Source: an uncultured Gammaproteobacteria bacterium (lineage in GTDB: Bacteria > Pseudomonadota > Gammaproteobacteria > Steroidobacterales > Steroidobacteraceae). Taken from it: 64,000 nt of DNA. Under the pieces are notes generated by a model. That model saw nothing but the letters and a program-made list of their open reading frames with translations. It was not told where the DNA came from and ran no database searches. Position numbers and translations under genes: made by a program. Of this stretch, positions 1-9,384 are shown one piece after another. The stretch lies in NCBI GenBank assembly GCA_963777725.1, contig CAVZRR010000009.1:13050-77049 (forward strand). The letters are read 5' to 3'. Positions within the stretch are counted from its first letter, which is position 1. Each line of letters starts with the position of its first letter.

Positions 1-1436
1 TGACCCAAGCGCACTCCGGCTTGATGGCCCGGTGACCCTCCGTCCCGGGCCTTTTCTTTGCGATGCTCGGCTTTCCAGATTACGCCGGCATGGCGATGCG
101 CGATCGTTCGTGAAAGCGCGCGGCTCGCGTCGCGGTAACACTCTTCCACCGCCTGGCGATCCTCGTCTTCCGGCAACGCTTCGCGCGCTCCCCGGACGAT
201 CATTTCGGCCTGGCGGAGCAGCGCGGCCCGGTCTGTCGGTCGATGCGTCGCCCCCGCGATCACGGCGATCGTCTCCAGGAGGCGGATCGTCACGACTGCG
301 CTCGACCGGGCGTATTGCCTGATCGGGCCGAACGACGCGTCCACGATCTCCGCAAACGTAACGGCCGGCGCGACCACCCTCAGTCGACCCTGCTCGTCCA
401 GGCGGAACGGGGACGGCATTTCCCGCTGCGCAAGGCGATGCAGCGCCGACCCCAACCGGTCGACGCAGGTAATCGCCGTGAATGGATCGTTGATGCCGGG
501 GGAGAGCGCCCGCACCGCGATCTCGACGAGTTGGTGGATGGGGAACTCGATGTCCTGGGTGGCGGTCCGCTGGTCGCCCAGGACGAAGGCGGAGTTGATC
601 CGCTCCTCGAGCGGTTCGGTGACCCGATCCCCAGGCCAGACCGTCACCAGCGGGCACCCCATGACGACGTATTGTCCGGGCCGTCGCTCCAGCCGAAGCA
701 GCGCGTTCTCGTCTGTCGCCAGCGCCATCAGGGCATCCGCGTCGATCGACTGGAGGTAGCCGTCCTCAGCCGACCCGACGGGCCGGGCCTCGAGGTCGAA
801 GTCCGCGGGCAGCCCTGTGCTGGCGAGCACGTCCGCGGGCCGCGGTGCCCCGCGCCCCATGCTTTCAGGGAAGAGTCGGTCGATTCCGTGGATCAGTTCG
901 CCATGGACACGCGCGACGACTTCGTCGGCCTGGATCGAAACGGAGACGTGGTGGATGAAATAGATCAAGACCCCCAGGCTGACGATCGCGAGCAGGACCC
1001 CAATGGTCACGGACAGGTGGGGGACGAAGGCGACCTCTTCGGCACGGCGGATGGTGCGCAGGACGAGCAGGCAATACACGAAGGTGGCGATGAACGCGCC
1101 GAGCACCACCTGGTTCTTCGTGTCGCGCATGAAGGTGCGCAGCAGCCGGGGCCCGAGCTGCGACGAGGCGAGCGACAGGACGACCAGGGTCATCGAGAAG
1201 ACGACTCCGGCGATCGTGATCATCGAACCGGCGATCGTGCTCAGCACCAGGCTCGCCCCCTCCGCGCCCCCGGTGTAGGCCCAACTTTTCCCGGCCATCC
1301 ATTCACCCACCGTCACCGACTCGTCCAAGGCGACGGTTACCGAGGCGAGCGCAACCGCCGCACCGGCCAGGATCCCGGGAACGAACCAGAAGCTCGAGCG
1401 AAGCCGTTCCCAGTACTCGAGAAGATGTGCTTTCAC
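1..1436 (-). CDS. DUF2254-like membrane protein; the 3' end runs off the window
   Basis: Absent from the ORF track because there is no stop inside the window. My own translation from GTG at 1436 gives VKAHLLEYWERLRSSFWFVPGILAGAAVALAS..., followed by further hydrophobic helices and a soluble C-terminal part. The frame stays open to position 3. The 243..1646(+) track ORF is its antisense shadow. Confidence 0.65.
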   Translation of the reverse strand, partial: MKAHLLEYWERLRSSFWFVPGILAGAAVALASVTVALDESVTVGEWMAGKSWAYTGGAEGASLVLSTIAGSMITIAGVVFSMTLVVLSLASSQLGPRLLRTFMRDTKNQVVLGAFIATFVYCLLVLRTIRRAEEVAFVPHLSVTIGVLLAIVSLGVLIYFIHHVSVSIQADEVVARVHGELIHGIDRLFPESMGRGAPRPADVLASTGLPADFDLEARPVGSAEDGYLQSIDADALMALATDENALLRLERRPGQYVVMGCPLVTVWPGDRVTEPLEERINSAFVLGDQRTATQDIEFPIHQLVEIAVRALSPGINDPFTAITCVDRLGSALHRLAQREMPSPFRLDEQGRLRVVAPAVTFAEIVDASFGPIRQYARSSAVVTIRLLETIAVIAGATHRPTDRAALLRQAEMIVRGAREALPEDEDRQAVEECYRDASRALSRTIAHRHAGVIWKAEHRKEKARDGGSPGHQAGVRLG

Positions 1437-1703
1437 AGCGACGGCACCTCCGTGGCTCGGCGGCGCGCGGCGAATTACGAACCGAGCCCGTTGAATGTAG
1501 CCGACACATCGTACCGCCATCCGCCGCGGCATTGGGCCTGCGCGACGGGCGTGACCGCAATGTGCGGTAAGGAACGGACGCGGCAGGACTTTGTCTATAC
1601 ATATATCCCGCTGATGGCGGCCACGCTGATACCGCTATCGCGCTGATCGCTCCGGAGTACTTGCGCCGGCCTCGACTCCGCCTCATCCGAGGAGATCGCA
1701 CAA

Positions 1704-1931
1704 ATGAACACGACCACCGATCGAACCCTCGCCACCGTGCTCGGTGTCCTGCCTGCACTGGTGATACCCATCAGTGCCGCGCTCGCCGACAACACACCGA
1801 TGGGTGGCGGGATGATGGGCAACGGCAGCACGTACGGGCACATGTACGGCTTCAACGGTGGCTGGCTGATCGGGCTCGTCGTCGTCGTGCTCGGCATCGT
1901 ACTGGTCGCCGTCCTGCGCAGGACCAGGTGA
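1704..1931 (+). CDS. Small membrane protein with a Gly/Met-rich segment (MGGGMMGNG) and a C-terminal TM helix
   Basis: ATG at 1704 preceded by GAGGAG (1689-1694). Signal-like N-terminus and TM helix WLIGLVVVVLGIVLVAVL. Sits directly upstream of the Met-rich protein gene. Confidence 0.5.
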   Translation: MNTTTDRTLATVLGVLPALVIPISAALADNTPMGGGMMGNGSTYGHMYGFNGGWLIGLVVVVLGIVLVAVLRRTR

Positions 1932-1999
1932 GTACGGTCGTCAAGGCCACCGCGAGTGGTCGACCCCCGAACCCATTCAATTTCGAAGGAAACGCCAAA

Positions 2000-2455
2000 A
2001 TGAAGACCTCCATGCTGATCGCCGCGATCGCCGCCTGCGCCCTGTCGACTCCCTTCGCATCGGCGCAGGACAAGGCCGCGCCGGATAAGCCGGCGATGGA
2101 TATGAACATGGACATGGGGCAGCGGATGTCCCAGATGCAGCAGAACATGACGGCAATGCAGGCGCAGATGGCCAGGATCCGCGCAACGACCGATCCGACG
2201 GAACGCCGCAAACTGATGCAGGCGCACATGCAGGCCATGCAGGAAAACATGACGGCGATGAGCGGGATGGGCGGCCCGATGATGATGGGCGGCGGCCAGC
2301 CGGGCGGCATGGCCATGGGCGATGGCAAGCCGATGGCCGGCGGCGACAAGATGCAGCGCCACCAGATGATGGAGAACCGCATGAACATGATGCAGATGAT
2401 GATGGAACAGATGCTGCAGCATCAGCAGGCGATGGAGTCCATGCCTGCGAAATAG
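2000..2455 (+). CDS. Secreted methionine-rich protein (possible Cu(I)/Ag(I)-binding or chaperone-like)
   Basis: Internal ATG of track ORF 1661..2455. Signal peptide MKTSMLIAAIAACALSTPFASA. I count 35 Met in 151 residues, with motifs MDMNMDM, MQAHMQAMQENM and MNMMQMMMEQM. Confidence 0.7.
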   Translation: MKTSMLIAAIAACALSTPFASAQDKAAPDKPAMDMNMDMGQRMSQMQQNMTAMQAQMARIRATTDPTERRKLMQAHMQAMQENMTAMSGMGGPMMMGGGQPGGMAMGDGKPMAGGDKMQRHQMMENRMNMMQMMMEQMLQHQQAMESMPAK

Positions 2456-2602
2456 GGTCCGCGGGTAGCTGCTCAGCGACCGGCGCTCGGTGCGCTACCG
2501 AACAGACTCCGCCGGCAGCTCGCGTAGCCTTGGAGACATCGGCCACGCAGGATCGTTCCGGGAATTCGCCGCGTGACGGTGAGGTCGAGTGGAGGATTCA
2601 GC

Positions 2603-3145
2603 ATGAACAAATCATTGATTACCGGGCTCGTCGTCGGCGGCGTGGCAGTGACGGCGGCCGGCGCATTCGCCGGCTACAAGGCACTGGACGAGCAGCGCTA
2701 CGCAGAAGTGCTCAACGTCGAGCCGCTGACCCAGACGGTCCGCACGCCTCGCCAGGTCTGCTCCGACGAGATCGTGACGCACCAGGCGCCCGTGAAGGAC
2801 CCGAAGCGCGTCACCGGCGCCGTGATCGGCGCGGTGGCGGGCGGTGTGCTCGGCAACCAGATCGGCGGCGGGACCGGCCAGACGGTCGCAACGGTCGCGG
2901 GTGCTGCCGCCGGCGGCTATGCCGGCAGCAAGGTCCAGAAGAGCATGCAGGAAGGCAACACGACGCAGACCGTCGAGCAGCGCTGCCGGACGGTCTACGA
3001 CTCGGCCGAAAAGCCCAACGGCTACGAAGTGCGTTATCGCCTCGGCGACCAGGAAGGCACCGTGCGCATGGACCGGGACCCGGGCCAACGGATTCCGGTC
3101 GAGAACGGCCAACTGGTGCTCGCCGACCAGGGTAACCGCCAGTAA
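2603..3145 (+). CDS. ycfJ: YcfJ-like glycine-zipper 2TM domain protein
   Basis: MNKSLITGLVVGG..., then RTPRQVCSDEIVTHQAPVKDPKRVTGAVIGAVAGGVLGNQIGGGTGQTVATVAGAAAGGYAG and TVEQRCRTVYD...YEVRYRLGDQEGTVRMDRDPG. This aligns along its length with E. coli YcfJ as I remember it. GGAGGA lies 7 nt upstream of the ATG. Confidence 0.85.
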   Translation: MNKSLITGLVVGGVAVTAAGAFAGYKALDEQRYAEVLNVEPLTQTVRTPRQVCSDEIVTHQAPVKDPKRVTGAVIGAVAGGVLGNQIGGGTGQTVATVAGAAAGGYAGSKVQKSMQEGNTTQTVEQRCRTVYDSAEKPNGYEVRYRLGDQEGTVRMDRDPGQRIPVENGQLVLADQGNRQ

Positions 3146-3184
3146 CCGCAGTGCTCACCGAGTGAGCTCATAAGGAGAATCGAA

Positions 3185-3334
3185 ATGTTGTGGACAATCG
3201 CTGTCGTATTGGCCGTGCTCTGGCTGCTGGGGCTCGTCAGCTCCTACACCATGGGCGGATTCATTCACATCCTGCTGGTCCTCGCGATCGTCGTGGTCCT
3301 GATCAATGTGATCCAGGGCCGACGGGCCTTGTGA
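3185..3334 (+). CDS. lmo0937-family small membrane protein (49 aa)
   Basis: Below the ORF-track size cut-off. My own translation is MLWTIAVVLAVLWLLGLVSSYTMGGFIHILLVLAIVVVLINVIQGRRAL, which matches the stereotyped two-helix pattern of this family. Confidence 0.7.
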   Translation: MLWTIAVVLAVLWLLGLVSSYTMGGFIHILLVLAIVVVLINVIQGRRAL

Positions 3335-3396
3335 CGAGCTGAAGAGCCCCGTTGCCCTGCCGGCTCACGGCAGGGCAACGTGCGCCAGGAGCAAGC

Positions 3397-3618
3397 ATGA
3401 ACTCAGTGAAGATTACAGCCCTCGTGCTGATCGTGGCCGGGGTCCTCGGACTGGGCTACGGCAGCTTCAGTTTCACGAAGGAAACGCACGACGTGAAGCT
3501 CGGGCCGATCGAGATGTCGGTCAAGGAAAAGGAAACGGTCAACATTCCAGTCTGGGCCGGCGTCGGCGCGATCGCGATCGGTGCCGCGCTGCTGCTGCTG
3601 GGCGGCCGCAAGGCCTAG
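3397..3618 (+). CDS. Small two-TM membrane protein
   Basis: ATG at 3397 (MNSVKITALVLIVAGVLGLGYG...) preceded by AGGAGC. Second TM helix VWAGVGAIAIGAALLLLGG. Confidence 0.6.
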   Translation: MNSVKITALVLIVAGVLGLGYGSFSFTKETHDVKLGPIEMSVKEKETVNIPVWAGVGAIAIGAALLLLGGRKA

Positions 3619-3884
3619 TCGAGCTTCTCGACGACCACGCGGCCTTCTGCATTGACGAAAACCCGATAGCGATTGCCGTCCTCGCATGAGGCGGTGTAGT
3701 CGTCCTCGCCCGCTTGCGTGGCGCTGACGACACGCCCGCACGGCAGGCCCTGCAATGCGATCACCGCCGTCAGGTCCTGGGTCACCGCGACGTCGCTGGC
3801 CACATCCTCCGCCGCGAGCGACGTTCCCGGATACGACACCAACGCTGCAGCGGCCATCGCCAGCGACATTCGGATCTTCTTCAC
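3615..3884 (-). CDS. Small secreted protein, unknown function
   Basis: GTG at 3884 preceded by AGGAGC, overlapping the upstream stop as GTGA. Signal peptide VKKIRMSLAMAAAALVSYPGTSLAA. An alternative ATG start exists at 3869. Confidence 0.55.
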   Translation of the reverse strand: MKKIRMSLAMAAAALVSYPGTSLAAEDVASDVAVTQDLTAVIALQGLPCGRVVSATQAGEDDYTASCEDGNRYRVFVNAEGRVVVEKLD

Positions 3885-4696
3885 GTTGCTGCTCCTGCCA
3901 TCAGATTGGATTCGGTGAACTTCCGGGGATCGGCGAGAATGCCCCAGATCGCGGCGCGTGACTGGACGATGTCCCGCGCCAGGGGCGGATCGCTGTCCTG
4001 CAGCAGCGAGAGCACCTTGAGCAGCAGCATGTCGTAGGAGCGGCGCAACTCGGGCAGCGTCGCCGTTCCCTGCCGCTTGTGGTAAGCGCGAAACTTGCCG
4101 AGCAGGTCGTCCACCTGGTTCTTGAGCGAAAGCTTGGTGAGCGTACCGATGGCCTTGGTCTGCCGGAGCCGCGTGCCGAGCGACGCGAAGTCGAGGGGTG
4201 CTGCGGCAGGCGGAGAGGCGGCCGGCGCCTGGGTCGCCTTCGAGACGACCCTCGGTGCAGCTGTCGGTGCGGGTGCCGGTGTCGTTGCAGGCGTCGGTGC
4301 GACGCACTGACCGGGGGCGCCTTCGTTGTCGCGACAGGAGTCTTCGGGACGACGACGCGCGGAGCAGGCGCGGCGCGCTGCGCCGGAGGCACCGGCTCGA
4401 CGACCGGGGGCGGGACGGCTGGTTCGCGTGCCACCGGAACCTCGGGTGCCACAGGCGTCGGGCGCGGTCACGGTCTCCGGTGGGCTCGCGACAGGCGGCT
4501 GCGGTGCAGGCGCCGAGACTGCAGGCGCAGCCGGCCGGCGACGGCCTCCTCCGCCTGTTTGTGCTTCACCCCCGCACAGCCGGCCGCAACGCAACAGCAC
4601 AGCGCGAGTGCACACAGCGCAGTGGAAGACGTTGCCGGACGATCGATCATCGGGCTCCTCGACGTTGCGCGACGCCAGGGCGGAGAATGCCACCAA
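3881..4696 (-). CDS. Hypothetical protein with a Pro/Ala-rich linker. The N-terminus is unresolved and the gene is possibly a frameshifted lipoprotein.
   Basis: The C-terminal ~105 aa (LDFASLGTRLRQTKAIGTLTKLSLKNQVDDLLGKFRAYHKRQG...) looks like real coding. A lipobox signal peptide (MIDRPATSSTALCALALCCCVAAGCAG, from 4650) lies in a different frame. See finding. Confidence 0.4.
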   Translation of the reverse strand: MVAFSALASRNVEEPDDRSSGNVFHCAVCTRAVLLRCGRLCGGEAQTGGGGRRRPAAPAVSAPAPQPPVASPPETVTAPDACGTRGSGGTRTSRPAPGRRAGASGAARRACSARRRPEDSCRDNEGAPGQCVAPTPATTPAPAPTAAPRVVSKATQAPAASPPAAAPLDFASLGTRLRQTKAIGTLTKLSLKNQVDDLLGKFRAYHKRQGTATLPELRRSYDMLLLKVLSLLQDSDPPLARDIVQSRAAIWGILADPRKFTESNLMAGAAT

Positions 4697-4780
4697 GAAT
4701 AGCGCCCCGCGGTTCGCTGGCGAACCCGGGGCGCTGAAGATTCAGGCCATTCTCAGACGCGAATCAGTTCGTTTCGCGTC

Positions 4781-4996
4781 CTACGAGAACCACGAATCAT
4801 CGGCCTTGCTCTCCCAGGCGGAGAGCTGCTTCTCGGCCTCATCCTTGGCGATGCCGTAGCGCTCCTGGATCTTGCCCGCGAGCTGGTCGCGGCGACCGGC
4901 GACGACGTCGAGGTCGTCATCGGTCAGCTTGCCCCACTGCACTTTGGCCTTGCCGGTGACCTGCTTCCAATTGCCTTCGATACGATCCCAATTCAT
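4781..4996 (-). CDS. CsbD-family stress protein
   Basis: MNWDRIEGNWKQVTGKAKVQWGKLTDDDLDVVAGRRDQLAGKIQERYGIAKDEAEKQL is the classic CsbD pattern. GAGGAGAA lies upstream of the ATG at 4996. Confidence 0.9.
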   Translation of the reverse strand: MNWDRIEGNWKQVTGKAKVQWGKLTDDDLDVVAGRRDQLAGKIQERYGIAKDEAEKQLSAWESKADDSWFS

Positions 4997-5157
4997 AGGT
5001 TTCTCCTCGTGGTGGGTGGTTGAAACATCACGCACTCGAGCCCAGGGCTCGGGAGCGGACGATGATCTCGTTCAAGAATCCATGCGTGCAGTCTAGTGAA
5101 CGGACCGTGAGCAGTCGGTGCGGTGGCGCACTGAGGCCCGACTGGTAAGATCGGGCG

Positions 5158-6276
5158 ATGACGCAGCGACTCGTCTTCCTGGTGCCGGGATTCTTCGGTT
5201 TCACTTCGATCGGCGCGGTGAGCTATTTCGAGGACGTGCAGCAAGCGCTCACCCGCGCGCTCCGACGACGCGGCATCGCGGCCCGCATCGTGATCTGCAC
5301 GACGCAACCGACGGCGTCGATCCCACGGCGCGCGGATGCGCTGCGCCGGCAGGTGATCGCCAGTGGCGGCCTCAAGGCGCAGGAACTGCATTTCATCGGC
5401 CACTCGACGGGCGGGCTCGACGTGCGCATGCTGCTGACTCCCGGCGTGAAGATCGCCGGAGGCGGCACGGAGGAGCGCATCGCGGCGTTGACCCGGACGG
5501 CCATCTCGGTGAATACGCCGCACCACGGCACACCGCTCGCGAATCATTTCGTGACCATCCAGGGCCAGACGCTGCTGCTGGTCATCAGCGCGCTCGCGAC
5601 GTCCGGGCAAGGCCGGCGCGCGATCGTCGCTGCGGCGAAAGCGATCGCGATGGTCGCGCGGCTCGACGACTGCCTCGGGCGCAACGAGGGGCCACTCGAC
5701 CGCCTTGCTGCCGGTGTGCTGCGCCGGATCCGGTTCGATCGCCGCGACCCCGTCTGGAAATACCTCGGCGAGATCGAACGGGACCAGGGGGCGGTGCTGC
5801 AACTCACGCCCGAAGGGATCGAGCTCTTCGACGCGGCGGTGACGGATCGTGCGGGAATCGACTACGGTTGCGTCGTGTCCGGCGTGCCCAAGCCTCGCGA
5901 GCAATTCCGGGTCAAGGAATTCATGGATCCGGAATATCTGGCAATGCGCTCGCTCTTCCGGCTGCTGCACGCGCTGACGGCCAAGCCGCATCCGCGCTAT
6001 CCCTACCCGAAACCTGCCACCCGGACGCAACGCTTGCTCGATCGCGGGCTCGGCTTCAAGGCGACTCCGGGCATCAGCGACGGCATCGTACCGACGCTGA
6101 GCCAGCTGCACGGCCGGGTGCTGCACGTCGTGCGCGCCGACCACCTCGACGTGGTGGGGCACTACACCCTGGCCGGCGGCAGCTCCGGAAACTGGTTGCC
6201 GTCGGGCGCTGGCTTCACCCGCGAAGCCTTCGACGCCACCTGGGACGCGGTCGCCGCAGCCATCGCGAGGAAGTGA
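5158..6276 (+). CDS. Lipase/esterase-family alpha/beta hydrolase
   Basis: VFLVPGFFGF N-terminus and nucleophile elbow FIGHSTGG. TPHHGTPLA follows it. Confidence 0.8.
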   Translation: MTQRLVFLVPGFFGFTSIGAVSYFEDVQQALTRALRRRGIAARIVICTTQPTASIPRRADALRRQVIASGGLKAQELHFIGHSTGGLDVRMLLTPGVKIAGGGTEERIAALTRTAISVNTPHHGTPLANHFVTIQGQTLLLVISALATSGQGRRAIVAAAKAIAMVARLDDCLGRNEGPLDRLAAGVLRRIRFDRRDPVWKYLGEIERDQGAVLQLTPEGIELFDAAVTDRAGIDYGCVVSGVPKPREQFRVKEFMDPEYLAMRSLFRLLHALTAKPHPRYPYPKPATRTQRLLDRGLGFKATPGISDGIVPTLSQLHGRVLHVVRADHLDVVGHYTLAGGSSGNWLPSGAGFTREAFDATWDAVAAAIARK

Positions 6277-7553
6277 CTGCCGCGGCCACGCGCCTTTGCG
6301 CGCAGCAGGGCCAGGTCCGCCCTCTTCAGCAGCGTCTCGGCATCCGTGCCATCGGCGGGATACACGGCGATCCCCATGCTGGCCGTGACGTACAGGTTCT
6401 CGCCGGCGATGCGATGCGGCTCGGCGATCGCGGCAAGCAGCTTGTCTGCGCTGAACGCCGCATCTTCGGGACAGGCGACTTCCGACAGCAGTATGACGAA
6501 TTCATCGCCGCCCTGACGGCACACGGTGTCCGAGTCGCGCACGCACGACACCAACCGCTTGGCGACGGACTGCAACATGGCATCGCCGGCTGAGTGACCC
6601 AGCGAGTCGTTGATGCGCTTGAAACGGTCGAGGTCCATGAAGAGGACTGCAAACGAACGCCCGTGGCGACGCGAAGTCGCGATTGCGCAGGCCAGTCGGT
6701 CGTTCAGGAGCAGCCGGTTCGGCAAGCCCGTGAGGACGTCGTGTTGCGCCAGCTCGGACATCCGCAGCGACATCTCGCGCGCGGCGCCGACGTCGTGAAA
6801 GACGATCACTGCGCCAGTGACCCGCCCGTGCCGATCGTGGATCGGAGCCGCGGTGTCCTCGATCGCGGATTCGTGGCCGTCGCGTCGAACCAGCAGGCAG
6901 TTCGCGCTGAGTCCGACCGTGGTGTCCTGCCGCATGGCCAACGCCAACGGGTCCAGCGCGGGTTCCCGGCTCTCCGCATCGATGATCCGCACCACGTCCT
7001 GCAGTGGCCGACCAGCGGCCTCCGACGCGGCCCAGCCGGTCATTTCCTCGGCCACCGCATTGAGGTAGGTGACGTTGCCTGCAACGTCGGTGCTGACCAC
7101 GGCATCGCCGATCGAGTTGAGCGTGACCAGGGCTTGCTCGGAGTCCCGCAGCAGGGACTCGACATGCGCCGCGCGCTCGAGCATGGTGTTCAGGGCCTTC
7201 GGCAGCGAGTAATGGTCGAGGTGCTCCAGCAGCAGGTAGTCCTGCGCGCCGCGCTGCACCGCCGTAATGGCAACCGGCTCCTCGCATTTGCGGCTCAGCA
7301 CCAGGACGGGAATGCGCGGCGCCACACGCAGCAGCGTCTCGAGGGTTTCGATCCCCTGGCTGTCCGGCAGGGACAGGTCCGCCACGACGGCAGAGATCGC
7401 ACCCTCGCCGCTGGCGGCCAGCCGCTTGATTCCGACCTGGCATCGGCTCGCCGACTCGACGATGAAGCGGCCGTCCTGCGACTCGGCGAGTGCCGCCTTG
7501 ATGGCGCGAACTTCTCCAGGTCGCGCCAGCACGAGCAGTCTGCTGCGGGACAT
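6162..7553 (-). CDS. Response-regulator receiver + PAS + GGDEF diguanylate cyclase
   Basis: REC-like N-terminus ([16 protein letters not shown]), PAS ([21 protein letters not shown]) and GGDEF ([16 protein letters not shown] ... [11 protein letters not shown]). ATG at 7553 with GGAGGAG upstream. The 3' end overlaps the convergent lipase gene by 115 nt. Confidence 0.85.
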   Translation of the reverse strand: MSRSRLLVLARPGEVRAIKAALAESQDGRFIVESASRCQVGIKRLAASGEGAISAVVADLSLPDSQGIETLETLLRVAPRIPVLVLSRKCEEPVAITAVQRGAQDYLLLEHLDHYSLPKALNTMLERAAHVESLLRDSEQALVTLNSIGDAVVSTDVAGNVTYLNAVAEEMTGWAASEAAGRPLQDVVRIIDAESREPALDPLALAMRQDTTVGLSANCLLVRRDGHESAIEDTAAPIHDRHGRVTGAVIVFHDVGAAREMSLRMSELAQHDVLTGLPNRLLLNDRLACAIATSRRHGRSFAVLFMDLDRFKRINDSLGHSAGDAMLQSVAKRLVSCVRDSDTVCRQGGDEFVILLSEVACPEDAAFSADKLLAAIAEPHRIAGENLYVTASMGIAVYPADGTDAETLLKRADLALLRAKARGRGSHFLAMAAATASQVASKASRVKPAPDGNQFPELPPARV

Positions 7554-7761
7554 GCGATTCTCCTCCACTACGACTAACCTACCTGCGCAGCATGCCGTGC
7601 GGCGTCGTCACCGTCGGTGCGGTGACGGACATTGCACAGCGACAGCGTTCGGGCGCAGGCTGTGTTGCGTGCGCCACCGAACGGAACTTTCCGCGTCGGT
7701 CGCTATGCTCAGATGGCGGGATGCTTTTCCCTGTCGTCCTGACGAGAGATCCAACGTGCAA

Positions 7762-8463
7762 ATGCCGACGCGGGCCCCAGCCGAGAATCGCCTGCTGGCT
7801 GCGCTGCCCGGCCGGGACCGGCGGCACCTGCTCGATGGCTGCGCGGAGGTGGACCTGACGCTTTCCGACGTCATCTACGAGCCGGGCCAGAGGATTCGCC
7901 AGGTCTTCTTCCCGACCGACGGTTTCATCTCGCTGATCACCCCGATCAACGGTCACGATCGCCTCGAGGTCGGTCTCGTCGGCGACGAGGGCATGCTGGG
8001 CAGCTCGCTGGTGCTCGGCGTCAACGTGGCCCCGACACTCGCGCTGGTACAGGGCGCCGGCGTGGCGTGGCAGATGGACGCCGAGCCCTTCCGACGCGAA
8101 CTCGAGCAGAGCGACGCACTGCGGCGCGGACTGAAGCGCTACCTGTACGTCGTGATGCGCCAGCTCGCACAGACAGCCGCCTGCACGCGATTCCACGTCG
8201 TGGAGGCAAGGTTGGCCCGCTGGCTGCTGATGACCCAGGACCGGGCGCATTCCGACACGTTCCACGTCACGCACGAGTTCCTCGCCTACATGCTCGGTGT
8301 ACGGCGGGCCGGCGTGACCCGGGCGGCCAGCTCGCTGCAGTCGCGCAAGCTGATCCGCTACAGCCGCGGCGACATCAGCATCCTGGACCGGAGCGGACTC
8401 GAGGCTGCGGCCTGCAGTTGCTACGCCGCCGACCGCGAGACGTACTCGAGCTTCTTGCACTGA
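7762..8463 (+). CDS. Crp/Fnr-family transcriptional regulator (paralog 1)
   Basis: cNMP-binding-like barrel ([12 protein letters not shown] ... [11 protein letters not shown]) and C-terminal HTH ([40 protein letters not shown]). Internal ATG of track ORF 7267..8463. Confidence 0.8.
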   Translation: MPTRAPAENRLLAALPGRDRRHLLDGCAEVDLTLSDVIYEPGQRIRQVFFPTDGFISLITPINGHDRLEVGLVGDEGMLGSSLVLGVNVAPTLALVQGAGVAWQMDAEPFRRELEQSDALRRGLKRYLYVVMRQLAQTAACTRFHVVEARLARWLLMTQDRAHSDTFHVTHEFLAYMLGVRRAGVTRAASSLQSRKLIRYSRGDISILDRSGLEAAACSCYAADRETYSSFLH

Positions 8464-8550
8464 GCCGCGAACGCGCGGGTCCATCACCGCGACACAAAAA
8501 ACCCGCGCAGCGTGAACTGCGCGGGTTTCGAGCGGCTTCCCGCCCGGCAA

Positions 8551-9384
8551 TTACAGCGCGGCGAGCGCCGGATTGCTGATGATGACCTCGACCCGACGGT
8601 TCTGCTGGCGACCGGCAGCGGATTCATTGCTGGCGACCGGAGCGCCCTCGCCGGCCCCCATGGCGGTGACCCTGGCAGCATCGACGCCCTGGCTGACCAG
8701 GTACGAACGAACCGAGTCAGCACGCCGCTGCGACAGCCCCAGGTTGTAGTCGTCGCCGCCGACGCTGTCCGTGTGTCCCTCGATGGCGACCGTGCGGCTG
8801 GGATACTTCGCCAGGAACGTCACGAGCTGGCCGAGGTTGCTCGTCGCACCAGGCTTCAGCTCGGCGCGGCCACTCTCGAACAGCACGTCGCCGAGCGTCA
8901 GGACCAGGCCGCGATCCGTCGGCTTGGCCTTCAGCGCATCAATCTGGCGCTGCAGCTCCGCATTCTCTTCGTTTGCGTCGGCCGTGGCCTCGCGGGCCAC
9001 GTCGACTTCACGTGTCCGGGAATCCAGCTGAGCCGAGGCACGCTCGGCGGTGATTTTCACGCGCTGGTCTTCCAGGTAGCGGGTCTGGGCCTGCGCGCTC
9101 GCGATCTCGACCTTGCGATCCGCGATGTAGACCCGATGTTCCCCGAGGGCACGATCGGCTTCGGGCTGTTCGGCGGTGCGCACGGCGGCATCTGCCTCCT
9201 TGATCGCAACCGGCGCGCGGCTGGCGAGGTTCGAATCGGACTGCAGCTGCGTCAACTTGGTGCGCACTTCCGAGGCGCCTTCCGGGACCGCGGGGGCTGC
9301 TGCGCAGCCCGCAAGCAGCACGGCGGCCACGGCGGCGGCGATCAGGGTCCGGCCAACGGCCACGCTGTTGTCGATGGTGTTCAT
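8551..9384 (-). CDS. OmpA-family lipoprotein with a DUF4398-like N-terminal coiled coil
   Basis: Lipobox LLAGC. OmpA-like C-terminus: FESGRAELKPGATSNLGQLVTFLAKYPSRTVAIEGHTDSVGGDDYNLGLSQRRADSV. Confidence 0.85.
   Translation of the reverse strand: MNTIDNSVAVGRTLIAAAVAAVLLAGCAAAPAVPEGASEVRTKLTQLQSDSNLASRAPVAIKEADAAVRTAEQPEADRALGEHRVYIADRKVEIASAQAQTRYLEDQRVKITAERASAQLDSRTREVDVAREATADANEENAELQRQIDALKAKPTDRGLVLTLGDVLFESGRAELKPGATSNLGQLVTFLAKYPSRTVAIEGHTDSVGGDDYNLGLSQRRADSVRSYLVSQGVDAARVTAMGAGEGAPVASNESAAGRQQNRRVEVIISNPALAAL

Noticed and set aside
243-1646. 467-aa plus-strand ORF at the window start
   Set aside because: It is antisense to the DUF2254-like gene, which the track omits only because it has no stop inside the window. 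The composition is shadow-like.
1595-2422. His-rich minus-strand ORF (MLQHLFHHHLHHVHAVLHH...) that could be mistaken for a metal-binding protein
   Set aside because: It is the reverse-complement shadow of the Met-rich gene, because ATG codons read as CAT on the other strand. The plus-strand gene has a signal peptide and an RBS, and this ORF has neither.
6162-6276. Convergent CDS overlaps (lipase/GGDEF 115 nt; also tolC/waaA 71 nt, 40882..41316/MOSC 56 nt, 31812..32231/alaX 37 nt) as functional overlapping genes
   Set aside because: In each case the overlap is a low-complexity C-terminal tail produced by late stop codons in GC-rich sequence. This is common in high-GC genomes and does not by itself indicate regulation.
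9225-9245. tRNA-like GGTTCGAATC (T-arm-like) string
   Set aside because: It lies inside the OmpA-family CDS on the coding region's opposite strand. No acceptor or anticodon arm context can be folded around it.
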